A DNA stretch of 64,000 nucleotides from Macrostomum lignano (GCA_002269645.1 NIVC01000712.1:310001-374000), one strand, 5' to 3'; positions 49,614 to 62,408 are shown, counted from the first letter of the stretch. The notes: generated by a model from the letters alone, not told the origin. Numbers and translations are program-made.

Positions 49614-50670
49614 CTAGCGCGGGTGCGCCTCGTAGCAGACGTAGCAGACGTGCCTGAACTTGCAGTCGCGCCTTAGGCAGCTGTTGCGGTTGAACTTTAC
49701 GCACAGCTCCCGCCCCTCAGGATCGATCGGGCCGACGAAGCCGGACGGCTGCTGCTTTGGCCTACTGGACTTGAAGTTGGTGCGCTGGGGGATCGCGTTG
49801 CCGCCCTGATTTGATTTTGGTACGTGCCAGAATGTGCTTGGATAGCAGCTGCAGCGACTTCCGCTCCCAGTTGCCTCTCGACTGATGTTGCAGGATCCTG
49901 AAGTCTTCATCGTAACAGTTGAGGGCGGCCTGACTGAAACCCTGGTGCATAAACTCGCCGAACTGGACACAGTAGCGAACATAGGCCTTCAGCTGTTCAA
50001 GATCCACCGCGCCATCCTTAACGGTGACCAGGGGACCCTCGTCGAGGAGTTTCAGCAGGATTCGGTTGCTGCCTGCTACCCACTGACCCGCCGAGATCTG
50101 CTCAGTCCGGACTCTGGACTTCTCGCCAGAGGCAGGCTCCTCCCCATCACGGTTGATAAAGTCCTTCACCAGAAGGGGCTTTGCCGGTCCCGACGGCCTG
50201 GCAGAAGTTCTGTAGAGGCCTTGAAGGCCCAGGTCTGGCAGTCCCAGCTCCGGCTCATAGGCAGCAGTGGACCGGTCAATCGGCAAGGGGCACCGCAACT
50301 TACGGCTCTGTTGGCAAGGCTTGTTCTCCAGCTCAGCCTCGATCTCAGCAGTCTGGGGTTGGAGAGTCCTCAGCCAAAGCAGCTTCTCCTGACGGGCGAT
50401 CCTCTGTTCCAGATCGTCGGTGCCCTGCGGGGCGCCAGCCTCGTCCGGGGTCGCTTCCTCATCGTCGTCGCTGCTGCTGGTGCTGACTCGGTTGATTTCG
50501 CTAGAGTGAGTGGCTGTTGGCCGTCCACGTTGCTTGGCTTGATTGGAAAAACTGGCTTGTTCCAGTCTGACTTGCAACTCTCGCTTGCGACCGCCACTGG
50601 GCAGTCCCAGTTGGCGTAGACGGTCTCTAAGCTGCCTTGCAGTCATTTGGTCAATTGAAATCTCAGCCAT
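49614..50670 (-). CDS. Gag-like ORF with an N-terminal SAP-like motif and a C-terminal Cys/His finger (split by a frameshift)
   Basis: MTARQLRDRLRQLGLPSGGRKRELQVRL; ELCVKFNRNSCLRRDCKFRHVCYVCYEAHP. Confidence 0.8.
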
Positions 50671-52321
50671 TGCAGCCTAGGCAGCACTCACGCCACTCAG
50701 TGCGATAGGGAAAAAATTCATGCAGCGCGAGAAAGGTAGAAGGTGAGGCAGACTGAGTAGAAGCTAGGCGATATATAAACCTCACGGCGGAGGGGTGCAG
50801 TGCAGAGGAGGGTGGCTTGGGGTGGGTGTTTACAACCAATCAGCAAACGCAGATGGTACACAATAATCTTACTGGCAGCAATGAACTCGCTGATCTCAGC
50901 CATGCTGGAGAAGCTGGCCAGCTGAGCATCGCCTCTGATGCTGGACACTGCGACTGTCATATTCTGAGGTGCTGAGCTCACAGCGTAGCAGTAGCCCCGG
51001 AAACTGAGCATGTCCCGGCTGCAGAATCCAGTCAGTGGGGTCACAGCTCTCACAATAACTGCCTGGTTGCACGCTGAACTCGATCGGGCTTTTTCGAACG
51101 ACACAGCTACTCGAGATAGTCTAAAGTGGATTTAATTACGCTCGTAATAACCACCTTGATGCTACTTTATCCATCTATTCTTTAAGTAGCTTGCAATTTA
51201 CCTGTCAGTGAAATTGAGAACCTCAAATAAACCGACTGGCACATTTTGAGGCTTTGTAGAATCAGTTCTGCTGCTGCAGTCTGCAAAGCGAGTGCTGATG
51301 GTGTCAGAGACCTTCTGTAGCACTAACGAGATATACGCGAGACTGGAATGGTTCTATTATTTGCATTGGTATGCGTTTGATTGGAAATCGATTTGAAGCT
51401 TTTGGCCTATCGATTGGAAACGCTGGGAAACGCTGTCTTCGCTCGGTCGAGGGAATTCTTTTTCAAAATTATTTCCGCAAAGTTAGAAAGAGCTGTAGGA
51501 GCCGTAACCTACCGTCAACTCTAGTAGAAGTTTCTAAAATCAAGTCACATAACTTGTAAAAATATCGAACCTCGGATATCGAAACTTCAAATGGTCCTCA
51601 GAAGTCCATAAAAATATAAAATCTCTCTCGTTCAAACGTGATCCTAGCCTGGTGCACATCAAGGCGAGTGCATGCCCCTACAAGTCAGTCTTAGCTAGAT
51701 ATTGATTAAGCTCATCAACTCATCTTGAGTATTGTACATCACATCAGCTCACTAGGTTGGAGCACTTTGTACTGCATGGAGTCGGCGACGCCCTCTGTAG
51801 ACTGACAGCTGCCAGCTGGTGATTCAGTGTCCGCTGACGCAGGCGGCAGGCCCTGGATGACCATTTGACGATGTGACGTCAACTGGTGCACTTTTAGCAG
51901 CCAGTCGCACTTCGAGGCCGGGCTGGAGTTTCTGCTACTACCCGATTCTATCAGTCTCGGTATGAGTCGCTCGTCCTGGTGTCTTCGAGCCGTCATGTCG
52001 ATCTCTAAGGTGTACCCTGTCGGGCAGTAGTGCTCACCAGCCTGACAAGAGCGAATTAAGCTGGAACAAAAGAGCAGGCGAGTAATTGGTAATAGTACTT
52101 AAGCAGTAACTCTTTTCCAAACCACACACTCAGATATTTGTAGGCGGACTGCAGCGTTTCCGTTTACAATCATTCCGTTTCATTTCGTGCAACGATTCTA
52201 TCGAACTTCACCATCGTAGAGTCCATCATCCGTCAAGGAATAATTTTTTTTGGGATCAAAACAATTTATACACGCATCTAGCTCAAAATAATTACGGTTT
52301 AATTGAATAAACATAATTTAT

Positions 52322-52595
52322 TACACCTGCCTACATTGGGCCAGATGTGCAACCGACAGCTCAGCCGCAGCTATTGCGCGGCGCATCTAAAGGCTGCGTA
52401 CGGCTGTTCAGTCCAAGGACTGGGGGGTCGCCACACACAGCCTCAATTACCCCAGCTAATGCTGGCACCCATTTTACAGCTGGGTGAACTGAAGCAATGC
52501 AGAGTTAAGTGTCTTGCTCAAGGACACAAATTGTTCCCGTGAGGTCGAGAATCGAACCCCCGACCTTCAAGTTGTGAGTGATAGGCTACACCTAG
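52322..52595 (-). mobile_element. CORE-like tRNA-SINE, copy 3
   Basis: Reverse complement of the same blocks. Confidence 0.82.
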
Positions 52596-55417
52596 GCTAC
52601 GAATAAAGCAAACGATAAATATGCAACATCAACTTGCCTCTTTCTGAGTGTAAAATGAAATAATACACTGAGCAAACAGTTATCTTAATCCTCTTTACTA
52701 AATCTGAGTTGTCTCAGGCAGACTAATTGACTTAGCAGCTTACCAGAAAGTCACCAGATGTAGGCATAGACAGATAGAGTGTTGAATGTCGAGTACTGCG
52801 ATTGAGACTCCGACAGCTTTCTGTAGGGAATTGATTAAGGTGAGACTGTTGCTGCTGAAGCATCAGTAAAACTGCTACTTAAATTCCATTGCCACTACAT
52901 CTTATCCACCTGTCTCAAAAGTTCTCGCACCATTCATTAAAAATTATATTTCGTGCTGAATATTTCAACATCAGTCCCATTACAAACTTCCTGTCTCCTT
53001 GTCCAATCTCCTTAGTGTATACTCAGCAACATTGAAAAGTCGCCACTCTATGCGCCAGTGAGCAATTTCTCTTGGACTATTCTGAAATAAAAGATGCGAG
53101 AAAACTGATCGGGACAGCTTTAATCCGTTTAACCCTTGCACATCGCTCCCCCACTTCATTCCTCAACTCAAGTCTGCCGCGGTGTGTAAGTTGCGTCACT
53201 CGCAAAGATTGAGAGACTTTACCTGCACTCTCAAAAGTGTCGATCACTGACGGAATCTGCTGTGATGGCGAATTTTCGATGTTGCTGAGTATATTTCTTC
53301 TAGTAACATTTTTATTGACCGAATATTTCTTTAGCGAAACCCAGTTTTTGCGAAATGCAGTTAGAAAATCTGTTGTTGTTCTATAGTTCTGTTGTGTATC
53401 TCATACTTCAGTTTTTTTTCAATTTTTAGCTTCGAATGCTTTAGTGCGACTCACCTCCATAGAAACTCGTCGATAATTCAGAAAAGAACAAACTTGTGAG
53501 AAAAAAATGTCAGCGGCTCCAAGTTCCTTTTAGTTCCTTGTAGACAGTCTTGTGTAAATAGCTAGATGTGCATTTATGGCGCTAGTGGGAGAAAGGATTG
53601 AGGGAGGCGTACATTTTGCTGTACACAAACGTCCACTAACAGTGTAGAGTGCGAACTGTACCTCAGCTGGTCGGCCGAACTAAGTACAACCTTGAAAATT
53701 CTTGCATACTTGTATATTCGTAACTCTCTCGCATTAATTAATTACTAAGTTTAGCTAAACAGGTAAACATTTGGTACTTACCTGTAAGTTACACCTTTGC
53801 CGAAATCTCATTCCGAAGAGTCAGTAAAATTCATTTACTTTTTCTTTGCATTTTCAATTACACCGCAAGTGCACTACATTTTCTACCCAAAGGAAAGTTT
53901 CGTATTGATGAGAACAGTGCACAAGCCTGAGATCAACCGGATATCCCAGACGTCATATTGAAATTAATGCATATTGAATTCCAAGGAAGTGTGCTTAGAT
54001 TCATCAGCTATATATGCTGAACCAAAGCTACACGATTTGCGTATTTAAAGACTGATTATGCGCAGATCATTACGCTCGTATTTATGAAAAATACTGCCTC
54101 ATTTTTTGTCAGTTTCTATTCCTCAATAGTTGCTGTGTCGGAGATCGCTACCTACGATACCTTCGCTACCCCTAATAAGGGCGACTAGCGCAGGATGCTT
54201 CTGCCTCCCTAGACGAACCGAGTCATGAGGTCGTGCCGCAGTAAATCTCAACTCGTCCCTAGTCGAAAGATGAGTACCCAAAAGATCGCAAAAATAACGT
54301 AAATACGCGGCACTCACTTCTTGTTGCGATGTACACGCAACCTTGTTGGAGCATGCTCGTTGCCGATATGTTATAATTTTGACGGAATAACCTACTTAAA
54401 ACGGAATAACCTACTTAAAAAGGTCCAGGCAGTTATTTGTTCAGTTAGCAACGGCACGGATGAGCACCCTTCACTTTGGCGCGTGCAACTTTCTACTTTT
54501 ATACTTTGGCTGACTTGTTTAGTCCTAGTATCTCCAATGGGGTCTCGTGGGTGAGACAGAAAGGGACGAGAAAATACGCGGACGGGGGTGGGATGGGGGC
54601 AGCTCAGACGCACTGCAGGGAGCTGGGGCTGGGTGAGAGAGAAAGGAGAGAGAGGAGGCTATTTTTAGTCTGTTGTACTTTTAGAATTTTTCTTGTAAAT
54701 GGCTGAACACCTTCTTCATCATATCAAGTGCAGATGGTATAGATTTGCTTTTTAATAGTAGATGCCGCGTTTGACAAACTCATACAATATGTAAACAAAC
54801 TTATAATTTCTGAAGACTTCTGAAGCCATGGAGTGAAAGTGAAGCTTACTGAATGTAAAATTTCCCCTTATAAAAAGCTAAAAACTTAGTCAGCTTAAAT
54901 TAAAAAACTTAATTTAAACGAAGAATTGTACATGCCTGTACGAGCGTCCGAGCGTATCTGTTTATTTATTGTAAAATTAAACAATGTAAAGTTAGTAAAA
55001 TAAAAATACAGCGAATGTGCTTAAAAATCACAGCAACAGCTGTACATGTAAGTTATTACTGATAAGTAGTATACCCATAATTAAGTAATAAGTGCATTTT
55101 TTTAAATAGTGCTTTAAACTTTTTACTCGCATGGAATATAAAAAAGTTATCAAAAAGGTTTCAAGTCAGGATAAAACTTGTAAAATAAAAGTTATAATAC
55201 AAAAATATCACTGCCCCTGACAAATGAAGTAATTTAACTTTTGAGTGCAGGGGAGATTGAGTGCCAGAAGCAAGCGTATTGCCTCCAATTAAAAAATAAT
55301 ATTTATACTTATTTCAAGAAAAAGCACCGATGGGTTTTTCGAAATGAGGTTTCAAATGAAATTTGTCAAATGCAGATGAAAATGAGAAAAAATTAACAAT
55401 ATTCGTCGAAATAGTTA

Positions 55418-55645
55418 GCAGGGGGTTAGCCTAGAGCGCCAGACTCACGACTTGAAGATGGGGGTTCGATTCCCAAACTCACTCGGAACAGTTTGTGTCC
55501 TTGAGCAAGACACTTAACTCTGCATTGCTTCAGTTCACCCAGCTGTAAAATGTGTGCCAGCATTAGCTGGGGTAATTGAGGGTGTGTGGCGACCCTCCCC
55601 AGTCCTCGGACTGAACAGCCGTACGCAGCCTTGCAATAGCAACAC
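55418..55645 (+). mobile_element. CORE-like tRNA-SINE, copy 4 (3' end shortened)
   Basis: ggttcgattc, gtgtccttgagcaagacacttaac, ctgtaaaatg, gaacagccgtacgcagcc. Confidence 0.8.
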
Positions 55646-55771
55646 CATAAGGGCAGGTGTAATCAGTTATTAGTTATTATAGTATTATTAGTATTATTAG
55701 TATTATTAGTATTAGTTTGCGACCAGAAGCAAAGAGAATCTGCTTCAGCATCTCGCGGCTCAACTCTCAGA

Positions 55772-57769
55772 TCATGGAAACTGTGAAGCGTGATCTTCAA
55801 CGCTGTTTAACACACAATTCGAGTCACTGCTGTTTGCCTCTCGCCCTGCATCTACTGTCTCGAGCAAAAGGGAAGCATGATTCGGATTTCTGCATGGCGG
55901 TTTCTTTCTGCCCGTGCGAGTACGCAAGTACAGAACTGCACCGATTGCAAGAGTCGCAAAAATTCCAAGAGAAATCCCCAAGACAAGAGGAAACTTGTTT
56001 TCTTTTCTTTCCAGATGGCCAACTTGGGATGTATCGCGGATAAACTTCAGAACTTCTTCGCTGCACTGTCCGTTGCAATCTTTGCGATTTGCCGGAGTCT
56101 CAGGAAAGCTGATCAGCGACAGCATCGGCTGGCTGCAGTTGTCGAACTCAACAACTACTTTGCCTGACGAATTCAGTCTTAGCGTGCCGCAGAGTCCTTG
56201 GTTGGAGCTGGCTCTGGAAATGCCATTGGTATACTACTATCAGTATCGATAGAAGGAAGCAAATCGTCTCGGTTTGGCCTAAAGTCCCACGAAATCCCAA
56301 ATTTGTCCCCCATTTATCTCCTGATAACCTGACTTACTCCTGCATAGCTATAGTCAACTCATCCAACAAGTTATCCATTTCAGTTAACTTAATTAGCTGT
56401 ATATTTGAGGTCTATTTATGTAATGTCTGCTCTTCCAATCTCTTCAATTCAAGTAGCTAACTTTAAACGTCTTGCTAGTTGCTAGTCACCTCTACTTGCT
56501 TACTACTTTAGCTTGCGATTATAAATGGACATACGCTCGTAAGACAAATTAGACAAAGCTCTCACACCTGCAGTAATTATAATAGTGAAAGTTCTCACAT
56601 GAATTCCTCCGAATTGAGAACAGGCTGGAGCAGACAGCCGCTCCCAGTTTTCGCCAAGTAGTACACGGAACTGTTGACTGGTCTGTGAAACAGTCCAAAG
56701 CGGATTTTCTGGTTAAGGTTCAGCGGTCTGGTGAATGGATATTTCTTTTCTCTGGCTGCGTCTAAAATGGAAACAGATTCAATATTCAATCGGCCATGGT
56801 TTAAATCGGATAAGCGTGATTGTATAAACATTTTTAGAATCATTTTTTCATACTGGCAGCAACGAACTCGCTGATCTCAGCCAGGCTGGAGAAGCTGGCC
56901 AGCTGAGCATCGCCTCCGATGCCGGAAATGAACGCTGGTAAACTCTGGCGGTTGGCGCTGATTGCGTAGCAACTACCCCGAAAGCTGAGCATGTCACGGC
57001 TGCAGAACCCAGGTAGGGGAGTTAGCACCCTCAGCTTTGTGGTGCCTATTGAGGCGGCGCTTTTTGATATTGCAGAAACTGACTCGAAGGTTTGCCTGAA
57101 ACAGAATCAATTTGATGAGGCGCTTAAGTATGCCACCAAGCATCATGAAATATCCTGTCAGCTTTTCAAAAGTGTATAATTACTTACGAGTTTGAAATTG
57201 TGAGCACCTCGAACAGACCCTGTTTAACCGTCCGCAGGCTGCTTGAGTTGATGACGTTGCACATTCCATCTGAATTCGAGAGATTAAAAGCGTAACTTTG
57301 CTAGATTAAAATAATTTTACTTAAGTAATTACTTATCTAAGCTAAACTGTGACTTACTGTCGCTGCTGCCAGACCTATGCAGTTGGTACCGCATCTCCAT
57401 GCCTGTTCCACTCTCCCCTGACAGTCCCTGCAACACCAGCCGCTTGGGAGCCGGCAGGCTTTTGAACGTCAGTCGCCAGTTGCACTGGTCAGGCATTCGT
57501 CCATCCACTGCGGATGCAATCAGCCGCTCGTCCTGATGGCTGCGAGTCGTGAGATCGACTTCTAACTCGTAGCCATTCGGACAGAAATGATCGCCGGCTT
57601 TCGATCTGCAATACGGTATTTATTTTGCAAGCTAAACTTTGAAACCTCAATAAATGGCCTTGTGTCTATACATTGTGCCCAAAATGTGTCTGATAGCATC
57701 TTACCGATTTTCCAGACAGATTATGCAAGCGAAAAACAGTTGCAAGCTTCTCCACTTAGTGAAGAACAT
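55772..57769 (-). CDS. Lectin-like type I membrane protein, paralog B
   Basis: Signal exon 57769-57705 (MFFTKWRSLQLFFACIICL); AGDHFCPNGYELEVDLTTRSHQDERL; GFCSRDMLSFRGSCYAI; YPFTRPLNLNQKIRFG; TM LVLGISLGIFATLAIGAVLYL followed by RTRTGRKK. Confidence 0.7.
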
Positions 57770-59393
57770 CTGTAAAATGCGATTGTCGAGAATGCATGGT
57801 TGAAAACTTCTGTTGCTATGGTAATCAGCTCAAAATGGCAGAACTTGTTATAAATGAAAATTTAAGGATCAATGGCTTACCATCGGCTTAAAGAGAAAGT
57901 TTTGCAATCGAACCTCTTGGTCTTACACAGTTATGAATTTATTGATGGGAGTGAGCAACAGCGCAGCTTGACTCAAGGCTTTATAAAACTCGAAAAAGGT
58001 TTTGAGCTTTTTTTTAGTCATTGTGCTTTATATAGGGCTGGGGTAATAGTGGTAATGTGTGCATTCGAACTATAAATAGCTTCATCGTCATCTCCACACT
58101 CTTCTAATGTTATAACCCAAGATAAAAGAATTAGACGGCTAAGCCTTTTTTTATCGCCTGAAAGATGTGCACTCTCTACTCAGCAGGCTTTGCCACTAAG
58201 CTGCATTTTTCAAATGTACATTTTTATAGGAATTCAAAGCTCCACAGAAAGAGAGACTGGACCTCATTTCTATAGCGAGTATGCTTAACCGGGCCGATTT
58301 ATATCCAACATACACCGTATAAAACTTTCTGACCATCTCGAGCTACTCAAAGCCCGTGTTCTTGAGTTAATTTAGCTGCTATGGATTGCACTGCACTGGC
58401 TCATTTCTACACTGTCCGTTGTTCAGTGTTCTTGCCTTGCACTTGCGTTGGCGTTTTGCAACATATAAATTAGGCTTTTGTTTCAATAAAACACAAGATA
58501 TACTCAATAACAGCTAAAGTTTTCGTTCTCGCAACGAAATTCTTGCAAGAAATCCTGCACAGATTTTCTCAATTTTTTTCCAGCCACCAAATGTCTTAAA
58601 TGCTAGTTTTAGAATCCTGCGCAGGAACCACAATCGAACATGCAAAAGTGCCGTTACTCGTTGCATCCTCTTAACCAGCCGCAGAACCGTCTGTCGTAAA
58701 TGTCGCAAGATACGGGGCACCTTGGTGAACTCTTAAGTCCAAAAATGCTCGACGGGTTCATAGAGACTTAGTGAGAATTCTGCCCCTTCCTGCTCCCGCT
58801 CGATGTGGCGTAGCGCTATCGTCTTGAACAATGCAGTTTTTCGTGGCAGAAACCGCTGCTGCAACAGCTTAGGTCTTCCCAGTTGCATTTTGCTCCAGAA
58901 TGACAAGTTCTGTTTTGCCTTTGACGGTCGCAGCCTTCACACGTTTCTGAATCACTGAGGGCAAGGACATGCAGAACTTTTATGCCGTTTGACAGCGTGA
59001 GTGAGCTATCAGTGTACTTGATATTAATTTAATCAGTTTATGCTGTCGGAATCGCTAGTTTGATATTCACGATTAACCATGCAAGACATTTAAATCCTGT
59101 CTAGTAAAATAAATTTATGTACCAGGCACCAGCAGTACAATGATCGCGCAAGAAAGCACCACTTATATTTGATAAAATACAAGTAACTCGCCATAACACA
59201 TTTCTGAAAACAATTTTTCGATTTTTGTTACAAAAGAAATGTTCAATATTATTGTAGTTACTAGTGTAAAAATCATTTAGTCAACTGAGCAACACAGTAC
59301 TTTTATATGTGGGATCTGTAGCCGAGACATTCAACCTGATGAAAGTTGTTAACAATGATTATTTACACTATTGAATGAAACATTTGCATATTG

Positions 59394-61392
59394 TCATTCG
59401 AAAACAGAGTCTTCGCACATTTCATCCTCAATCAGAGTTTTAACCGTCGGATCGTTCGTGCTTCCTTGCTCACTGCTCAGAAACGACTCGGTTGTTTGAC
59501 GCCTGCTTCGGTCTTGATTATTCTCTTCGGAAATCTTTAACGACCACAGCTTTTTCCGGTAAATTAAGCAACCAGTTATTGCTGATGCAAGGGCGAGAAG
59601 GACGAGAAGTATTATAACAAAGATAGCTAACCCTGGCGCACATCCAACTTTCCTGGCAATTAAGTCGAGCCAAAATTCCGAGGTTGGCGTAACAGAGCTA
59701 ATGGTATCGTTTTTCTGAGACTTTGGAGCCGCGTTGAGAGATTTCAAGAGTTCGCTGACATGCTGGTCGTGACTGAAGCTGCAGTTCTTGCAAAGGACAG
59801 GCGCTGACTCGGGAAAAGTCACCAGTGCTGGCAGCTTCTCGTTGCAGTCACCGAACTCGATCATTGCTCCGTATCTTTCATTCAACTCCAGATAGCCGCA
59901 TTTGCCTCCAACTCTTTCGAGTCTGAAATTTATGAAAGTCATAAAAAGGGTCCTATGAAGAGAGTCATAGATTCAAAACTGGACTCACGAAATTCTCTCT
60001 GGCCCGGGAATAAACTTCAGACCGCAGCCGCTCTCCTCTCTGACAATTGACACCACCGAGTTGTCAGGTTCTTTCAGAAACACACCGATGCGAACTCTTT
60101 GCGTGAGATTGAGAGGCCGTTGGAATGGGTAAGTAGTCTTCCTGTCATTGTCTGCAGAGGGTATTGTTTTTTGGGTCACTTTAGCTTGTGCATCTAGACT
60201 TCTAATGTAAAAAAGCTATCATTTGCATATTGCTGAACAAGCTACTAATAGTAGCATTAATACTTTAACAAGGATTACGTAGATATTGGTTAATTTAACC
60301 GTGGCCGTAATATTGGAAGTGTAAAACATTTGCCTAAAAGAAGTATTAGTGAATCCAACTGCACTCACTGGCAGCAATAAACTGTTTGATCTCTGCTGTG
60401 CTGTTAAAGTAGGCCAGCTGTGCCCCGCCAATGATGCTGCGCATTGAGACCTCTAGCGTTTCCTTGACTGGGTTCACCGCGTAGCAGTTGCCATGGAAAC
60501 TAAGCATGTCACGGCTGCAGAAACCGGCCAGTGGTGTCACGGCTCGAAAAACTATTGGCTTGTGACCTTTGATCTGTTCTGATCTGCGGCTAAACGACAC
60601 TGACAGGTAGGTGTTTCTGCAGAAAAAAATTTAGACACAATCTTCACGGTTGTTTCGTTATTAAATTTTTGTCTAGAAATATTTTTCAAGTTTTTATTAG
60701 TTAATGTTACCGGTCTGTCAACGGCAGTGCATAAAATAGTCCTCGTGTAACATTCTTGCGAGCACTAGCGGCAGCGCACTCTGTAGCAGTGTGAAGGCAG
60801 TATAGGAAATGTGTCGGATTTACGCGCATAGGTAATAATTCGAGATAAAAAAACCAGATTGATGTCACTAACTTCTTGTCGGATCGTGCAGCTCATAATG
60901 CAGCTGACTCTCTGAGGAGGTGTTTGTCTCGGAGCCACCTGGAATTCCTTCGATCACGAGAGTCCGACTACCTGCCAGATGCGGCACCTTGAAGCGCCAG
61001 CTGCAGTGGCTCAGCTTGGAGTTCCTTAAATCGGCAACCAGCCGCTCGTCTTGATAGTCTCTGGCTGTTAGGTCGATGTCCAGCTGGGAGTCAAGCACGC
61101 ATGGGTGATCGCCGGCCCGGCAACTGAATAAATCGGTAAAAATGAGAGGTTAGTAGAGTTACGACAAAAACAGTCACAACAGAATTTGGTGGTCTTTCTC
61201 GAGGCAAACATTAGTGAGGATGTCAACTTGATTGAAACTAGAGTCGGACGTGTTGCTATCCAGATCCCCTTTAGTCCCATCCCTCTACAAACACCAGTTT
61301 TTTTGGTTCACGTACCAGCAAAGCGGTCCGCATAAAGTACATATTAGTATTGTAGTGAGCCGTGTTTCTTGACAATACTCTATTATCCGCAT
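59394..61392 (-). CDS. Lectin-like type I membrane protein, paralog C
   Basis: Putative first exon 61392-61316; AGDHPC..LDIDLTARDYQDERL; GFCSRDMLSFHGNCYAV; YPFQRPLNLTQRVRIG; CGYL..FGDCNEKLP; TM GLAIFVIILLVLLALASAITGCLIY followed by RKK. Confidence 0.7.
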
Positions 61393-61484
61393 GATGATTC
61401 TGTGGATAAGGTTAAAAACAGAGGATGGTAAATATGAAGATAATAGCGTAGGAGTTTGTTGAAGTTGGTGCAAGGTTTTACAGG

Positions 61485-61832
61485 TTAGGTGTAAGGTTTT
61501 ATGGGGTGGGTGTAGGGTTTAAAGGGGTAGGTGTAGTAAGGTTTTATGAGGTGGGTGTAGGGTTTTATGGGGGGTGTAGTAGGGTTTTATGAGGTGGGTG
61601 TAGGGTTTTATGGGGTGGTTGTAGTAGGTAGGGTTTTATGAGGTGGGTGTAGGGTTTTATGGGGTGGGTGTAGTAGGGTTTTATGAGATTGGTGTAGGGT
61701 TTTATGAGGTGGGTGTAGTAGGGTTTTATGAGGTGGGTGTAGTAGGGTTTTATGAGGTGGGTGTAGGGTTTTATGGGGTGGGTGTAGTAGGGTTTTATGA
61801 GATGGGTGTAGTAGGGTTTTATGAGATGGGTG
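61485..61832. repeat. Minisatellite, 21-24-bp unit (gtgtagtagggttttatgaggtgg)
   Basis: Direct reading; the same unit resumes at 63258-63360. Confidence 0.9.
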
Positions 61833-62408
61833 TGGGATGGGCGTGGTTCGCGGTTAAGCTACTGGTTTGTATTGCTACTAAGGGTTTTACTAGTGGATTA
61901 TTATCTGCTGTACTGATTTGAGATTTGGTAGAATCGCTGCCACCAGGTTTCCTGTTCCCTAGTCCTATTATTGTAGAGACAAAGGATTGACTCAGGAAAA
62001 CCGAATTGTTTAACAAAAGTTTTATACTTCAAAAGAAAACAAAATGAAAAATAGCATGCAATGGTTGGTGCAAAATGTCAGGCATCGACTACCTGTAGGT
62101 GTACTGCTTCGGCATCAACTACCTCGACAGTGTTTACTTAAAAAAATTTTCCCAATATTCCCTGCCTCTTACCTTCCTAATTTCTGAGATCTGCCGCCAG
62201 CCGGCGAAAATAAAACTAACTAACAAGTCTGCTTTCCCAAGCCTATGACTATGACTATGACTATGATAAGTACTTCCGGCGCCTCAGCCTAAGTAAAAAG
62301 GCTCTTACGCCACTAGAGATAATTTAGATTCCAGATTGGGAGTGTACTCATGTACACTAAAAGCCAATTAGACTATAGAGGACTGTACAGGGCAATAACA
62401 TAAAATCC

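Larger units (their letters stand above)
46624..50833 (-). mobile_element. Degenerate tyrosine-recombinase retrotransposon (DIRS/Ngaro-type): gag, RT-RNase H, YR; short inverted termini
   Basis: Coding remnants listed separately; termini taaacaccacaccccaag (46624) and cttggggtgggtgttta (to 50832); aac flanks both ends (GTT on the element strand); sits in an intron that is only ~90 nt in paralog B. Confidence 0.9.
43555..52060 (-). pseudogene. Lectin-like membrane protein paralog A: DIRS-type insertion in an intron and a 1-nt frameshift in the TM; first exon not located. May be functional if the frameshift is an assembly error
   Basis: Exons near 52060-51740, 51340-51200, 51110-50873, 46556-46405 and 44003-43555 match paralogs B and C (HQDERL, GLFEVL, GFCSRDMLSFRGYCY, RPLNLSQ, DCS..LSLISF). 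Confidence 0.55.

Noticed and set aside
47141-50619. Plus-strand ORFs antisense to the YR element (e.g. 47438-48040, 49885-50619)
   Set aside because: Shadow ORFs of GC-rich coding sequence with no recognisable motifs
58730-58980. Possible decayed Tc1/IS630 transposase (QDDSATPH ... PVEHFW on the minus strand)
   Set aside because: Only two short motif resemblances, wrong spacing, stops and a frameshift, no TIRs; too weak to call
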